The notes under the pieces: model-generated
Databases searched by the model: none
The model's input: the letters and a program-made list of their open reading frames with translations, nothing else
Told to the model about the DNA's origin: nothing
Shown: piece after piece, positions 54,380 to 63,459 of the stretch
How the letters are laid out: each line of letters opens with the position of its first letter
Numbering within the stretch: the first letter of the stretch is position 1
Made by a program: the position numbers and the translations under genes
Origin: an uncultured Bdellovibrionales bacterium
Lineage (GTDB): Bacteria > Bdellovibrionota_C > UBA2361 > SZUA-149 > CAZDIO01
DNA length: 64,000 nucleotides
NCBI GenBank assembly: GCA_964505555.1
Contig: CAZDIO010000102.1
Span: 13,355-77,354, forward strand
Direction: 5' to 3'

Positions 54380-54457
54380 TGAACACAGAGTTCAACAGAG
54401 GAAAGAAAACAAACCAATAATTTTAACTCTGTGAAACCCTGTGAAACTCTGTGTTCA
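54380..54457. repeat. A-type palindromic element, copy A6 (left arm degenerate)
   Basis: tgaacacagagttcaacagagg ... ctctgtgaaaccctgtgaaactctgtgttca, between convergent genes. Confidence 0.8.
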
Positions 54458-54516
54458 TTATAAAGAAACTAATCAATACTTACGGAATCCTTTTTTGGGA
54501 ATGATGTTCAATCTGA

Positions 54517-55671
54517 CTACGCCATCGCGCTCGTAATAAAAAATCCCCACATGATCGTCATCGCTGCTAGCAAGGCGGTAAATACAATATAGAGAGTTTT
54601 TCTAAATCCCGTTGAATCCTCACTTTTGGCAAGAAGTAAAAAGATAGGAAAGAGCACCATAACGATTCTTCCCATCGATTGTAAGGTTCCGGTGAGAATT
54701 GATACAACAACGGGAAGAAGGGTAAGTAACGATAGTGAATAATTCTTTTTACGAAAAAGTTCGGCAGAAGATAAAAAAGCAATCAGTACACACAGACAAT
54801 TAAAAAAGGTAAAGTTCCAGTCCGTCATTACATGTTCTGGGTGCTTAAAAAGTGAACCGACAAGGGTAAAAAGTGAATTTTCTCCTCCCCGACCCCACGC
54901 GGCCTGGTTTTTTGAAAATGCCAAAGGATCTCCTGTAAGTGCATAGAGATGAAGCATGAAAAGGACTATCCCGAGTGGAGCGATAATCGTGATCAACACG
55001 CTTTGAATGGAAAACAATCTCACCTTTTTATGGCAAAACAGTAAGTATCCAGGAAGCATCAGGAGACCAAGGGGTCGTGTGGCAGTGGAGAGGGAGAAGC
55101 AAAGAGCAGAGAGAAGAAACTTATCTTTTTGAACTAAGTAGAAACTTCCAATAACCAGTAACAAAAAGAGCGATTCGGTAAAAGGCGCTGAGAAGAAATA
55201 ACTTGTTGGAAACAAACATAACAGCCAAAGCGCTTCAGCTGCTTGGGATTTAGTCATCCCGTATTGCAATGAAAATTTATAGAGAAGCACTAAAGCGAAA
55301 AAAAATGAGATGTTTGAGAGAATAACCCCGACCCCAACATAACTGTTCCAGAACTTAGAGAAAAATGAGAGGAGGAGTGGATAGAGGGGAAAGAAGGCCC
55401 AATTTCTTTGGATCGTTCCCTGTGCCGGCTCGCGATGGTAACCATTTTTTGCAATATTAATATACCAACCCGCATCTGCAGCGCTGAAGATACTCAGAAG
55501 AGTTTGAGTAATCTCTTTTTTTGAAAGAAAGATTTCGGGATGACGTACAACTCCTCCAGGAGACGCTGAGGGGGAAACGTGGAGTTGTGAACTAAAAATT
55601 AATAAGACTAAAATCAGCAATCTTGAGATAAAAAACGGCTTGGCTGACTCAATTATCGGTTCAGATAACAT
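54517..55671 (-). CDS. GT-C fold membrane glycosyltransferase (PIG-V/GT76-like mannosyltransferase type)
   Basis: 384 aa and polytopic. The N-terminal loop SAADAGWYINIAKNGY...NWAFFPLYPLL resembles bacterial PIG-V-like proteins. Confidence 0.55.
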   Translation of the reverse strand: MLSEPIIESAKPFFISRLLILVLLIFSSQLHVSPSASPGGVVRHPEIFLSKKEITQTLLSIFSAADAGWYINIAKNGYHREPAQGTIQRNWAFFPLYPLLLSFFSKFWNSYVGVGVILSNISFFFALVLLYKFSLQYGMTKSQAAEALWLLCLFPTSYFFSAPFTESLFLLLVIGSFYLVQKDKFLLSALCFSLSTATRPLGLLMLPGYLLFCHKKVRLFSIQSVLITIIAPLGIVLFMLHLYALTGDPLAFSKNQAAWGRGGENSLFTLVGSLFKHPEHVMTDWNFTFFNCLCVLIAFLSSAELFRKKNYSLSLLTLLPVVVSILTGTLQSMGRIVMVLFPIFLLLAKSEDSTGFRKTLYIVFTALLAAMTIMWGFFITSAMA

Positions 55672-55835
55672 AATTTTACAAACAGTAACCTTAATTAAGT
55701 GAATTTAGAGATAGAGTTCTTGCAGGAAATCACTTTTTTTTCAAACCCCATATCTTAGGGTTTTTTCAAACGATATAATAGGCGCCTCTCCTGGAGGAGC
55801 TTTTTTAACAATTAGAGGAAAATAAAGGGAAACTA

Positions 55836-56048
55836 GTGGTGGATGAGGTAACTTTGGAAACAAGAAACGAAGTAAATAATGATTTATTCCTCTCAGCAGC
55901 TGCAATAGTCGATGCTGCTATTGCTTGTCAGGAAGCCAAGGGCCACGAAGTAAGCCCAGAACTTCGCCCGACACTCATTCAGGCAATTATCGATGATCCA
56001 CTCTTAACGGCAGCGATTTTTAAGAACCCAACCTGTCTTATTCAATAG
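55836..56048 (+). CDS. Hypothetical small acidic protein (doubtful)
   Basis: 70 aa with a GTG start and a weak SD. No family recognised. Confidence 0.25.
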   Translation: MVDEVTLETRNEVNNDLFLSAAAIVDAAIACQEAKGHEVSPELRPTLIQAIIDDPLLTAAIFKNPTCLIQ

Positions 56049-56133
56049 TGGAAACTTCTCACTGAAGTATTTACCTTTTAATCTTCTATTTAGACTAAGT
56101 AGAAGATTTAGAGCTTCTGATACAATGAAAACA

Positions 56134-56235
56134 CCTGTCGTTGCGAGCCGGGAGGCCCGGCCGCCGGGCGAAGCGAAGCAATCTCGTATTACCAATGAGG
56201 GTTCGAGATTGCTTCGCTTCGCTCGCAACGACAGG
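56134..56235. repeat. C-type palindromic element, copy C2 (nested, with a GC-rich side hairpin)
   Basis: Outer arms cctgtcgttgcgagc / gctcgcaacgacagg. Inner arms gaagcgaagcaatctcg / cgagattgcttcgcttc. There is also the GC-rich stretch ccgggaggcccggccgccggg. Track ORFs 56004-56249 and 56141-56389 merely read through it. Confidence 0.85.
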
Positions 56236-56267
56236 AAGGAGTTATTCATTAAATTGTGAAAGTCTCA

Positions 56268-57695
56268 TTACCGAAAGAACAAAAACAAAAGAAGGAAAGT
56301 TCCTCCGTTTACCAAAGCGTGAGCAAGCATTGGGGCGATTAGGGAATTTCTCCACTCTCGAAGGAACGCTAACATCATTCCCACGATAGTCAGCGGAACT
56401 ACTCCGATCGGGCCTTGGGGGTGAACTGCCGCAAATATTACGGCTGAGGCAAAGATTGAAAACCCTGCTCCAAAGTGGTCCCGCAGCCATGAATAGAGTG
56501 CACCCCGAAACATGAGTTCCTCAACAAATGGTGCGACTACCACCCCAAGTACCAGTATCAGGAACACTGTTTTATTATCTGCAGAAAGAAGCATCGGAAC
56601 TACCGGATGAGCTCCTTGGTTGAGGTCCACTCCAAGAGCTTCAAGAGCGAGTGAATAAGGAACGATGACAATGAAGATGATCGTCCATAACGCAAGATAG
56701 GAGATAACGGCAGTTCCCGCGTTTCCAAAAAACCATCGAATTCCGCCACAGGTAATTCCTAACATCTTTTTTATCTCTACCCATTGTACCTTAAAAAATT
56801 TGGGCCAAAGCACAAGTAAGGAGAGGCTTACAATACCTACAAGATTTACTAACAAGGGATCTACAGAGGGGTTTCTTACCGCTACAAACCTCAACCCCAC
56901 AGAGGCGATCAACATCCCAAGAAGATAGAGACAAAAGATCTCCAGTCCATAGGGAGAAACACCGGGGACCTGTTGAAACCGAAAGTGAAACTTTCCCCGA
57001 ATAAGCTGTATTCCAAGAATGAGCGCGGAGAGAAAACTTATTACGGCTAAAATAATAAAGATAAAAAGTGCAACGAAAACCTTCATAAAGGTGTAATTTG
57101 CCTCCTCATATAAAGAGGACTCAAGCGCAGACAGCGTTTCCTTTGTGTCTTTTGCCAGAGCTACAACATAGAGCTTTCCAAACCACCCCCAACTGTTTAC
57201 CGCAACGGTAGCTTCTGCTTCGCTGAGGGGTGTATCTTTTGTGAGTATTTCATTCTTTTTAGGATCGTTATTTTGGGATAATTTCCCTCTCAGTTCAGTT
57301 ACAACATCGGAGAGTCCGAAATACTTTGCAGCGATAATCTTTCTTATAAGCAATGCTTGAGCAGAGGCATTATCTGATTTGTTCAATGGAGATTCTGCGC
57401 GGAGGATAGATCGAAACATCTCTCGCGCTTGTGCGCTGACCTCTTTTACCTCCTCTGGGCTATCTGCGATCTCTGTGGGATTTGCTTCGATGTAGCGAAG
57501 TGCACCGATGACCAACTGGGTTTGAATGGTAAAGAGCTTGATCTCTAAATCAGTACGAAAATCAATGGTTTGCGAGGGATCAGGGAGCGTTTTTGGTGCG
57601 GGGGACTTTTGCCAGGAACTAACGATCGTTAGCCCAAGGAGCACAACAAATAGTGATAAAAAAAAATATCTTCTTTTCTTTTCCATAAAGAACAA
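56268..57695 (-). CDS. CPBP-family intramembrane glutamic endopeptidase (CAAX protease-like) with a large N-terminal domain
   Basis: C-terminal motifs EELMFRGALY, FAAVH and HALVNG. About 200 aa of N-terminal extracytoplasmic domain follow a signal anchor. Confidence 0.8.
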   Translation of the reverse strand: MFFMEKKRRYFFLSLFVVLLGLTIVSSWQKSPAPKTLPDPSQTIDFRTDLEIKLFTIQTQLVIGALRYIEANPTEIADSPEEVKEVSAQAREMFRSILRAESPLNKSDNASAQALLIRKIIAAKYFGLSDVVTELRGKLSQNNDPKKNEILTKDTPLSEAEATVAVNSWGWFGKLYVVALAKDTKETLSALESSLYEEANYTFMKVFVALFIFIILAVISFLSALILGIQLIRGKFHFRFQQVPGVSPYGLEIFCLYLLGMLIASVGLRFVAVRNPSVDPLLVNLVGIVSLSLLVLWPKFFKVQWVEIKKMLGITCGGIRWFFGNAGTAVISYLALWTIIFIVIVPYSLALEALGVDLNQGAHPVVPMLLSADNKTVFLILVLGVVVAPFVEELMFRGALYSWLRDHFGAGFSIFASAVIFAAVHPQGPIGVVPLTIVGMMLAFLREWRNSLIAPMLAHALVNGGTFLLLFLFFR

Positions 57696-57768
57696 TGTGC
57701 ACTCTCTTCGTTTCGGATATATAACTGAGGAAACGTAACATTGTTTGTACGCGAATTAAAAGCTTATT

Positions 57769-58488
57769 TTGGTAACAAGAGTTTTTCATAGGGATTTAGA
57801 ACTGCTCTTCATCAGAGCGGTACGAACCCTTTTTGGCTATATTTTGAGCTCTACAGAGAGCAAGCTCCTTGTTGGGCTCCCCGGTGGAAGAAGTGTCACG
57901 CCGTTTCTTGAGCAGCTTGTGCGGCTTCATGATGAATTAGGAAGAAGGGAGTGGGAGAGACTGCACTTTTTTTTTGTAGATGAAAGAATGGTTTCACTTC
58001 AGTCACCAGAGAGTAATTATCACTTAGTGCAGAGTGTGTTTTTTGAACCTGCCCTCAATGAGGGGTTTCTTACTGAAAGTCAGATTCATCCCTTTATCTA
58101 CGATCAAGAAAAAAAAGATGAGGGACTCTCAGACTATAATGATGCCTTTAATTCTTTGGGGGGAAGGTTTCACATCGTCATCTTAGGAGTAGGGGAGGAT
58201 GGTCATATCGCCTCACTTTTTCCAAAGCACCCTTCGATACGAGAGACCGTTGAGCGATTTGTTTTTACCGAGAACTCACCAAAACCTCCCCTTCGAAGAA
58301 TTACAGCGACACGTTCGATGCTTTCAAAGGCTGAGTGTGGAATGGCGATCTTTGTAGGAGAGGGGAAGATGGAGGCGTATCAGCGCTTCTATAATAACGA
58401 TCTTACGGTAGAAGAATGTCCAGTAAAGCTCTTAAAAGATATTGACGAAATGTATCTCATTACTAATCTCCCCGGTAAGGATGAATGA
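57769..58488 (+). CDS. pgl: 6-phosphogluconolactonase
   Basis: Blocks LLVGLPGGRSVTPFLEQL and LGVGEDGHIASLFP. TTG start, uncertain. ATGA-type overlap with serA. Confidence 0.75.
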   Translation: MVTRVFHRDLELLFIRAVRTLFGYILSSTESKLLVGLPGGRSVTPFLEQLVRLHDELGRREWERLHFFFVDERMVSLQSPESNYHLVQSVFFEPALNEGFLTESQIHPFIYDQEKKDEGLSDYNDAFNSLGGRFHIVILGVGEDGHIASLFPKHPSIRETVERFVFTENSPKPPLRRITATRSMLSKAECGMAIFVGEGKMEAYQRFYNNDLTVEECPVKLLKDIDEMYLITNLPGKDE

Positions 58489-59705
58489 GCAACACCTCTT
58501 TTCCCAAGCAAAAGTTAAAGATCTTAATTCTTGAAAACATTGATCATATCGCCTGTGTGCGGTTTCAAGAAGCGGGATACTCCCCAGAGGAGATAACTCG
58601 TTCTCTTAAAGAGGATGAGTTACTAGAGGCGATTGAAGATGCTCATGTTCTTTGCATCCGTTCAAAAACCAAGGTCACGAAGGAACATTTAAAAAAGGCA
58701 AAACGACTTCTGGTTATTGGGTGCTTTGGTGTGGGCACCAATCAGGTTGCAACCGAAGAGGCAACAAATCTAGGAATCCCAGTTTTTAATGCGCCCTACA
58801 GTAGCACACGAAGTGTTGCAGAACTTGCGATCGGATGTGTAATTATGCTTGCCCGGAATGCTTTTTCTGCAAGTGAAAAGATGCATCAGGGGATGTGGGA
58901 GAAGAGTTCCTCAGGATCCTATGAGGTCCGAGAAAAAGTTATCGGTATCGTTGGCTATGGTCATATCGGTCAACAGGTGGGGCTTCTTGCAGAAGCACTT
59001 GGTCTTCAGGTACTTTTTTATGACTCCATAAAGAAGCTCCCCCTTGGTCGGGCACGCCAGGTCTCCTCACTTCAGGAGTTATTAAAAGAATCAGATTTTG
59101 TATCGCTTCATGTGCCCGGGCTTTCTCGCGAACTTCTTGGGGCAAGTGAGCTCTCCTTAATGAAGCAAGGAAGTTATCTGTTGAACTTCTCTCGAGGAAA
59201 CACCGTATCTCTTGCCGCATTAAAAGAAGCTCTTCAATCGAACCACCTTGCAGGGGCAGCGATTGATGTTTACCCAAATGAACCAAAAACAAACAAAGAA
59301 CCGTTTCAGTGTGAACTTGCCACCCTCAATAACGTAATTCTTACTCCGCACATCGGAGGAAGTACGGAAGAAGCACAATATAAAATTGCGTTAGAGGTAA
59401 GTGCCTCTCTTCTTGGATATATTGAGTCAGGAGCTACAATGGGCGCAGTGAATTTTCCTCAAGTCAATCTTCCCCCATTTCCAAATTCCCACCGCATTCT
59501 CAATATTCACCGAAACGTTCCTGGGGTGTTGAGTGAGGTAAATAAAATCATCTCCGATCTTGGGGCGAATATAGATGCTCAACACCTCAGCACCTATAAA
59601 GAGATAGGGTATCTAATCATGGATATCAATAAAACACTCTCTGACGAAGTGAGGGAGAGTATCTCACGACTTGATAGCAATCTTAAAACGCGGGTGTTGT
59701 ACTAA
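58485..59705 (+). CDS. serA: D-3-phosphoglycerate dehydrogenase with a C-terminal ACT domain
   Basis: NAD-binding IGIVGYGHIGQQVG and catalytic TPHIGGSTEEAQ. ACT-like tail HRILNIHRNVPGVLSEVNKIISDLGANI. Confidence 0.9.
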   Translation: MSNTSFPKQKLKILILENIDHIACVRFQEAGYSPEEITRSLKEDELLEAIEDAHVLCIRSKTKVTKEHLKKAKRLLVIGCFGVGTNQVATEEATNLGIPVFNAPYSSTRSVAELAIGCVIMLARNAFSASEKMHQGMWEKSSSGSYEVREKVIGIVGYGHIGQQVGLLAEALGLQVLFYDSIKKLPLGRARQVSSLQELLKESDFVSLHVPGLSRELLGASELSLMKQGSYLLNFSRGNTVSLAALKEALQSNHLAGAAIDVYPNEPKTNKEPFQCELATLNNVILTPHIGGSTEEAQYKIALEVSASLLGYIESGATMGAVNFPQVNLPPFPNSHRILNIHRNVPGVLSEVNKIISDLGANIDAQHLSTYKEIGYLIMDINKTLSDEVRESISRLDSNLKTRVLY

Positions 59706-59763
59706 CTGACCATCCCTTGGTCATTCCTGTTCCTACGACCCGAATATCCTGGATGATGCGCCC

Positions 59764-59782
59764 CTTCGCTCGCAACGACAGG
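59764..59782. repeat. C-type element, solitary right-arm half copy (C3)
   Basis: cttcgctcgcaacgacagg followed by attcttgcc (compare C1, gctcgcaacgacaggggttcttg). No left arm lies nearby. Confidence 0.5.
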
Positions 59783-59979
59783 ATTCTTGCCACCCTTAAG
59801 GTAGAACACTCTAGTTTAGAAGCGAGCAGCGGTTTGACCCATATGGAGAGTTCTGTTACTTCGAGGGCACCTCGATGAGGTGTTGTTATCACTGGTTGTT
59901 CTTTTCATGATTCCAATTTTCTTTGGGTATTTGACTAAAGACATTCCCTTCCTTTCTTACGTTTCGCAAACGTTGGAGA

Positions 59980-60450
59980 GTGCGGGTATGTCTGTCTATG
60001 GGGGTTGAAGAAAGGAGGAGAAAGGCTGTGAATGTTTTAGCGTATGGGACGTTGATGTTTCCTGAAGTTATGGAAGCACTTACCGGGAAGCAGTTTCCCT
60101 CTGAAGCATATGAGCTGAAGGGGTTTGTGCGGAGAAGATTGATCGGCCAACTCTATCCAGGTCTTATAGAGAAGGTTGGAGAAACAGTTTGCTGTTCTCT
60201 CTATTTTGATATCGATCCAGCTTCGTTGCAAATTCTCGATCAGGCCGAAGATCAATGTTACGAACGTAGAATGATGGAGGTTGTTTCGGTATCAAGAGGA
60301 GCTCTCTCCGCGCGAGTCTACGTAATACCTCTGACACGTGCGCGCTTGTTGAGTGAGGAGAGGTGGGATCATGAAGCATTCAGAGAGAGGCACTTAACTG
60401 AGTATGTCATGCTGTGTAAGCAGCATCGACAGAGTCTGGGAAGTCAGTAA
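59980..60450 (+). CDS. Gamma-glutamylcyclotransferase-like (AIG2/GGCT family) protein
   Basis: The VLAYGTLMFPEVMEALTG ... GFVRRRL..QLYPGLI pattern is typical of GGCT-like proteins. The start is uncertain (GTG 59980, ATG 59998 or GTG 60028). Confidence 0.65.
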   Translation: MRVCLSMGVEERRRKAVNVLAYGTLMFPEVMEALTGKQFPSEAYELKGFVRRRLIGQLYPGLIEKVGETVCCSLYFDIDPASLQILDQAEDQCYERRMMEVVSVSRGALSARVYVIPLTRARLLSEERWDHEAFRERHLTEYVMLCKQHRQSLGSQ

Positions 60451-60677
60451 AGGGTGCGGACGCTAGAGAGTTCTTGGTTTTAAGAAAGGAGGTTAAAACG
60501 AACCATCATAGCGCACTATCCGCACTTTATCTTCCATTTTATCTCTTACGTTTTTCATTCTATTGCTAGAAATTACGAATATCGTTTAAAAATATTTAAT
60601 GTTGTAAAGGGGTTTGGGCAGACTTCGAGAGGATAGGGGGTTTTACTTACAGCGCTTTTTTCAGTCTCGCCCAAAGG

Positions 60678-61130
60678 TTGCCGATACACCCATGGAGCTT
60701 CCATCATAGAGAGGGTTTCTTGGAAGAAAACGAAATAGCAAATTACACCGTACTAGTTGCAGAAGACGAGAGCATATCACTCTATGTTCTTGGAACTCTT
60801 GTCCAATGGGCGGGAGGCGTTCCGATTCTTGTGCGAGATGGAAAGGAGGCATGGGAGTATCTTGAAAGTGGTGCTTCCTGCGATGCGCTCCTTACCGATC
60901 TCAAAATGCCAAATATGAGTGGAGAAGAACTTATCGCAAAAATTCGAAAAACTCCCTCACTTGCAAAACTTCCAATTATTATTGTTTCTGGAGTCAATAA
61001 CGAAGAGGTTGCTCCCTATCTTAGTGACCCTCATACCGCATACTTAGAAAAACCTATCGACCACACCACCTTTAAACGTGTATTGTCAGAAATGACGCCG
61101 CTCAATCCCTTTCGACCGTTACATTCCTAG
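60678..61130 (+). CDS. Single-domain response regulator (CheY-like receiver)
   Basis: VLVAEDE acidic pocket, the phospho-acceptor region ALLTDLKMPNMSG, IIIVSG, and the K in LEKP. The start is uncertain (TTG 60678 or TTG 60720). Confidence 0.8.
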   Translation: MPIHPWSFHHREGFLEENEIANYTVLVAEDESISLYVLGTLVQWAGGVPILVRDGKEAWEYLESGASCDALLTDLKMPNMSGEELIAKIRKTPSLAKLPIIIVSGVNNEEVAPYLSDPHTAYLEKPIDHTTFKRVLSEMTPLNPFRPLHS

Positions 61131-61169
61131 AAAGCGGCTCTCTGGTAAGTAAAACAATAGTTTTAGACA

Positions 61170-61649
61170 TTGATGAGAAACAATCTACCTACCTCCATTA
61201 TTTCTGGTCTTATCTGTGGAATAGTGGGTTTGTTTGCTGTGATGCATAGTGTCGGGATCGGCTTATTTTCGATGGGGTCCTTTCTCAAAGTCCCTGCGTA
61301 CTTACGGGTTATCGTTTCTCAAGCTAAAGAACCACTCGATGTTCAACTAGCTAAGAAGCTCAGTCGACGTGAAAATGTCGATTATCTTTCGCCTGTTCTC
61401 GCCCTTCGTGCTCTTTCTACAAATTGTATCGGTGTAACACAAAAGGCCCGCAGCGCTTTAGAAGAGGAACTCTATTTTTATCGTTATTTCTTGATGGAGA
61501 AGCAATTAGTTTTTACAGAAACGTATGTTGAAGATCAATTGCTTCCATGTTCTCATTTTATTTTAACCACGAAAGAGGCAGCAAATTACGAAACTTCGCT
61601 AAAGACTCTGCAGATATTAACTACATCACTTCGATTATATCAGAGATGA
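61170..61649 (+). CDS. Hypothetical membrane-anchored protein
   Basis: 159 aa with an N-terminal hydrophobic segment (IISGLICGIVGLFAVMHSVGIGLF). ATGA overlap with the next gene. Confidence 0.4.
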   Translation: MMRNNLPTSIISGLICGIVGLFAVMHSVGIGLFSMGSFLKVPAYLRVIVSQAKEPLDVQLAKKLSRRENVDYLSPVLALRALSTNCIGVTQKARSALEEELYFYRYFLMEKQLVFTETYVEDQLLPCSHFILTTKEAANYETSLKTLQILTTSLRLYQR

Positions 61650-63070
61650 AGATCGTTATTCTTCTAAGTTTTTTTCTTCCAGGTTTAGTGCTCTTCTACG
61701 GCGCACGCATTGATTTCGTGTTGAAGGTTCTTTTTGCTCTCGTCTACTCAATGGGAATTACCGTGCTTCTGTATTTAACAATTCTTGTTATCTCACCAGC
61801 ACCGATCGGGACAAACCTCACACTGACAATGCTTTTTGGGATAATGCTTAGTATTTACCTGCGAACAGCTGTTTTTTCCGAAGTAAAGAGAGAACATTTC
61901 CCGGATAATAAGAATCATCAAACGATAAAAAATATTGTGTTTGGATGCTCTTGTCTTCTTTTAGGTGTTCACCTGCTTTCAACACTTGCTGCAATCAAGA
62001 TCTCACCAGGAGTTGAGTGGGATGAGTTTGTTATTTGGAATATTCGGGGAAGGAGTATCTTCCAAACACAATCGTTAGCCGCAAATGTAAACTTCTTAGA
62101 TTATCCAGGATACCCCCCTCTCTGGCCTGCTCTTCTTTCAATCTGTTGGTATTTTGATGAACATTGTACCTATTTTCTTTCCCCCATTCTTTTAATGTTT
62201 ACAGTGCTTTTCTGCCTGCGGTGGATGCAGGAGCGAAGTCGATCAACAGTATTTCAGTTTCTTCTTCTTGGGTTTGCTCCAATAGTATATGGGCACTTCT
62301 TTCTTTGGGGAAACTCCTATCAACTGTATATCCCGTATGCAAATGTATGTGCGGGATGTTTTTTTACGATCGGTGTTCTCTGCTCTCTCTCGTATCTAGA
62401 AACAAAAGCACCACACGAGCTACTTCTTGGAGCGCTGAACTTGGCAGTAACCGTGTTGGTTCGTCCAGAAAGTTTGATCCATGTGTTGATTTTTTTTGGA
62501 TTGTTTACCCCAGTTCTTGTCAAGACCTTTCAAAAAGCGGGGATGGGAAAAAAAATAATTACCAAACGGGTTGTTCAACTGTTTTGTCCTGCAGGTGGTT
62601 TTTGGATCGTCTGGTCGGGATATCGAACGCTTTTTAAACTTGAAAATATCGGAGATCGGTACTTACAACGAGGAATTTCAGAGACATTTGCCATGTCTCT
62701 ATCTGACATAGTGTTTAAAATAAAATCTATTTTTGCCTACAGTTTTACACCATCTCGGCTTATTACTCCTTTTGAAAAGGAATTTTGTTTTTTACTGTTT
62801 CTTGTTTTCTTTATCTTAGGAAGTGGGATGTATTTTGTGGCAAAAAAGAGAGCGATGTTTCCTTCGCTATTTTTAGGGGTGTTGGTTTTTCTGCAGATAA
62901 GTGCGGTAATGATGATCTACTTAGTAACTTCAAACGTTAAGCCAATTGATTGGTGGTTAGTAACAGGCTACTGGCGAATGACCGCTTCTTACATGCTCTT
63001 ACTTTTTGTTTTTCTCTTTGAAACAGCCAATGGGATATTTTCTAGAGTAGAACAACATCACGGCGATTAG
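61646..63070 (+). CDS. Polytopic membrane protein, GT-C-like
   Basis: I trimmed the start to ATG 61646 (MKIVILLSFFLPGLVLFYG...), which forms an ATGA overlap with the upstream stop. About 12 TM helices. Its stop codon lies inside repeat B3. Confidence 0.5.
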   Translation: MKIVILLSFFLPGLVLFYGARIDFVLKVLFALVYSMGITVLLYLTILVISPAPIGTNLTLTMLFGIMLSIYLRTAVFSEVKREHFPDNKNHQTIKNIVFGCSCLLLGVHLLSTLAAIKISPGVEWDEFVIWNIRGRSIFQTQSLAANVNFLDYPGYPPLWPALLSICWYFDEHCTYFLSPILLMFTVLFCLRWMQERSRSTVFQFLLLGFAPIVYGHFFLWGNSYQLYIPYANVCAGCFFTIGVLCSLSYLETKAPHELLLGALNLAVTVLVRPESLIHVLIFFGLFTPVLVKTFQKAGMGKKIITKRVVQLFCPAGGFWIVWSGYRTLFKLENIGDRYLQRGISETFAMSLSDIVFKIKSIFAYSFTPSRLITPFEKEFCFLLFLVFFILGSGMYFVAKKRAMFPSLFLGVLVFLQISAVMMIYLVTSNVKPIDWWLVTGYWRMTASYMLLLFVFLFETANGIFSRVEQHHGD

Positions 63071-63217
63071 TTAGGGTTCTGGAAGAAAGATTATAAAACC
63101 ACAGAGACACAGAGTCGCAGAGAAGATCAACAAAATCCTTTTCTCCGTATTCTATCTCTGTGTCTCTGTGTCTCTGCGTCTCTGTGGTTTTATTAAAAAT
63201 CTTTAATTTATGGCTGT
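63060..63217. repeat. B-type palindromic element, copy B3
   Basis: acggcgattagttagggttctggaagaaagattataaaaccacagagacacagagtcgcagagaag ... ctctgtgtctctgtgtctctgcgtctctgtggttttattaaaaatctttaatttatggctgt. It is colinear with B1, and its left end overlaps the last codons and stop of the upstream CDS. Confidence 0.85.
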
Positions 63218-63459
63218 AAAAGCGAGAGGACTTCTATATCTAAATTGTTTACACACTAATCAAGTCGACAATCCTTCTGCAATTGTCTATCCAAAAACCG
63301 TATTTCGACACTATTTCTTATCGTCATGCATCAAAAAAGAATGATCAAAAGCCATAGTTTTGCCTGAATTTTTAGGGAGTTGTGAGTTGTTTTGTAGGTG
63401 ACTGTAATCCGGGCGATCCAGAAGGGCGATAATAATTTTTCAGAAACGGAAATTCCACC

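Noticed and set aside
43782-54457. A-type palindromes as integron attC sites (cassette array with a TA cassette)
   Set aside because: Several features are tempting: the ends resemble RYYYAAC/GTTRRRY (aTTGAAC ... GTTCAAc), the genes share one orientation, and a TA module is present. Against this, the arms are perfectly paired with no extrahelical bases, and the loop orientation differs between A3 and A4. One 'cassette' would be a 6.7-kb operon with its own regulators, and no intI lies in the window. An attC covariance-model scan (IntegronFinder) plus a search for intI would settle it.
33064-54457. parS-like half sites inside the A-type arms (GTTTCAC / GTGAAAC)
   Set aside because: The two halves are separated by 40-70 bp instead of abutting as in the 16-bp parS (TGTTTCACGTGAAACA). 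The resemblance is probably a by-product of the CACAG motif.
56190-56215. ggttcgag motif reminiscent of a tRNA T-arm
   Set aside because: It lies in the loop and inner arm of repeat C2, and there is no acceptor stem, anticodon arm or D-arm around it.
56004-56389. Two overlapping ORFs (56004-56249 minus, 56141-56389 plus) rich in Arg/Ala/Ser
   Set aside because: Both simply read through the GC-rich C2 palindrome. The second also runs antisense into the 3' end of the CPBP gene. There is no RBS and no family resemblance.
29195-63217. Repeated palindromes as a CRISPR array
   Set aside because: The copies are kilobases apart and belong to four different families. They are themselves long hairpins with loops rather than repeat-spacer units, and no cas genes are present.
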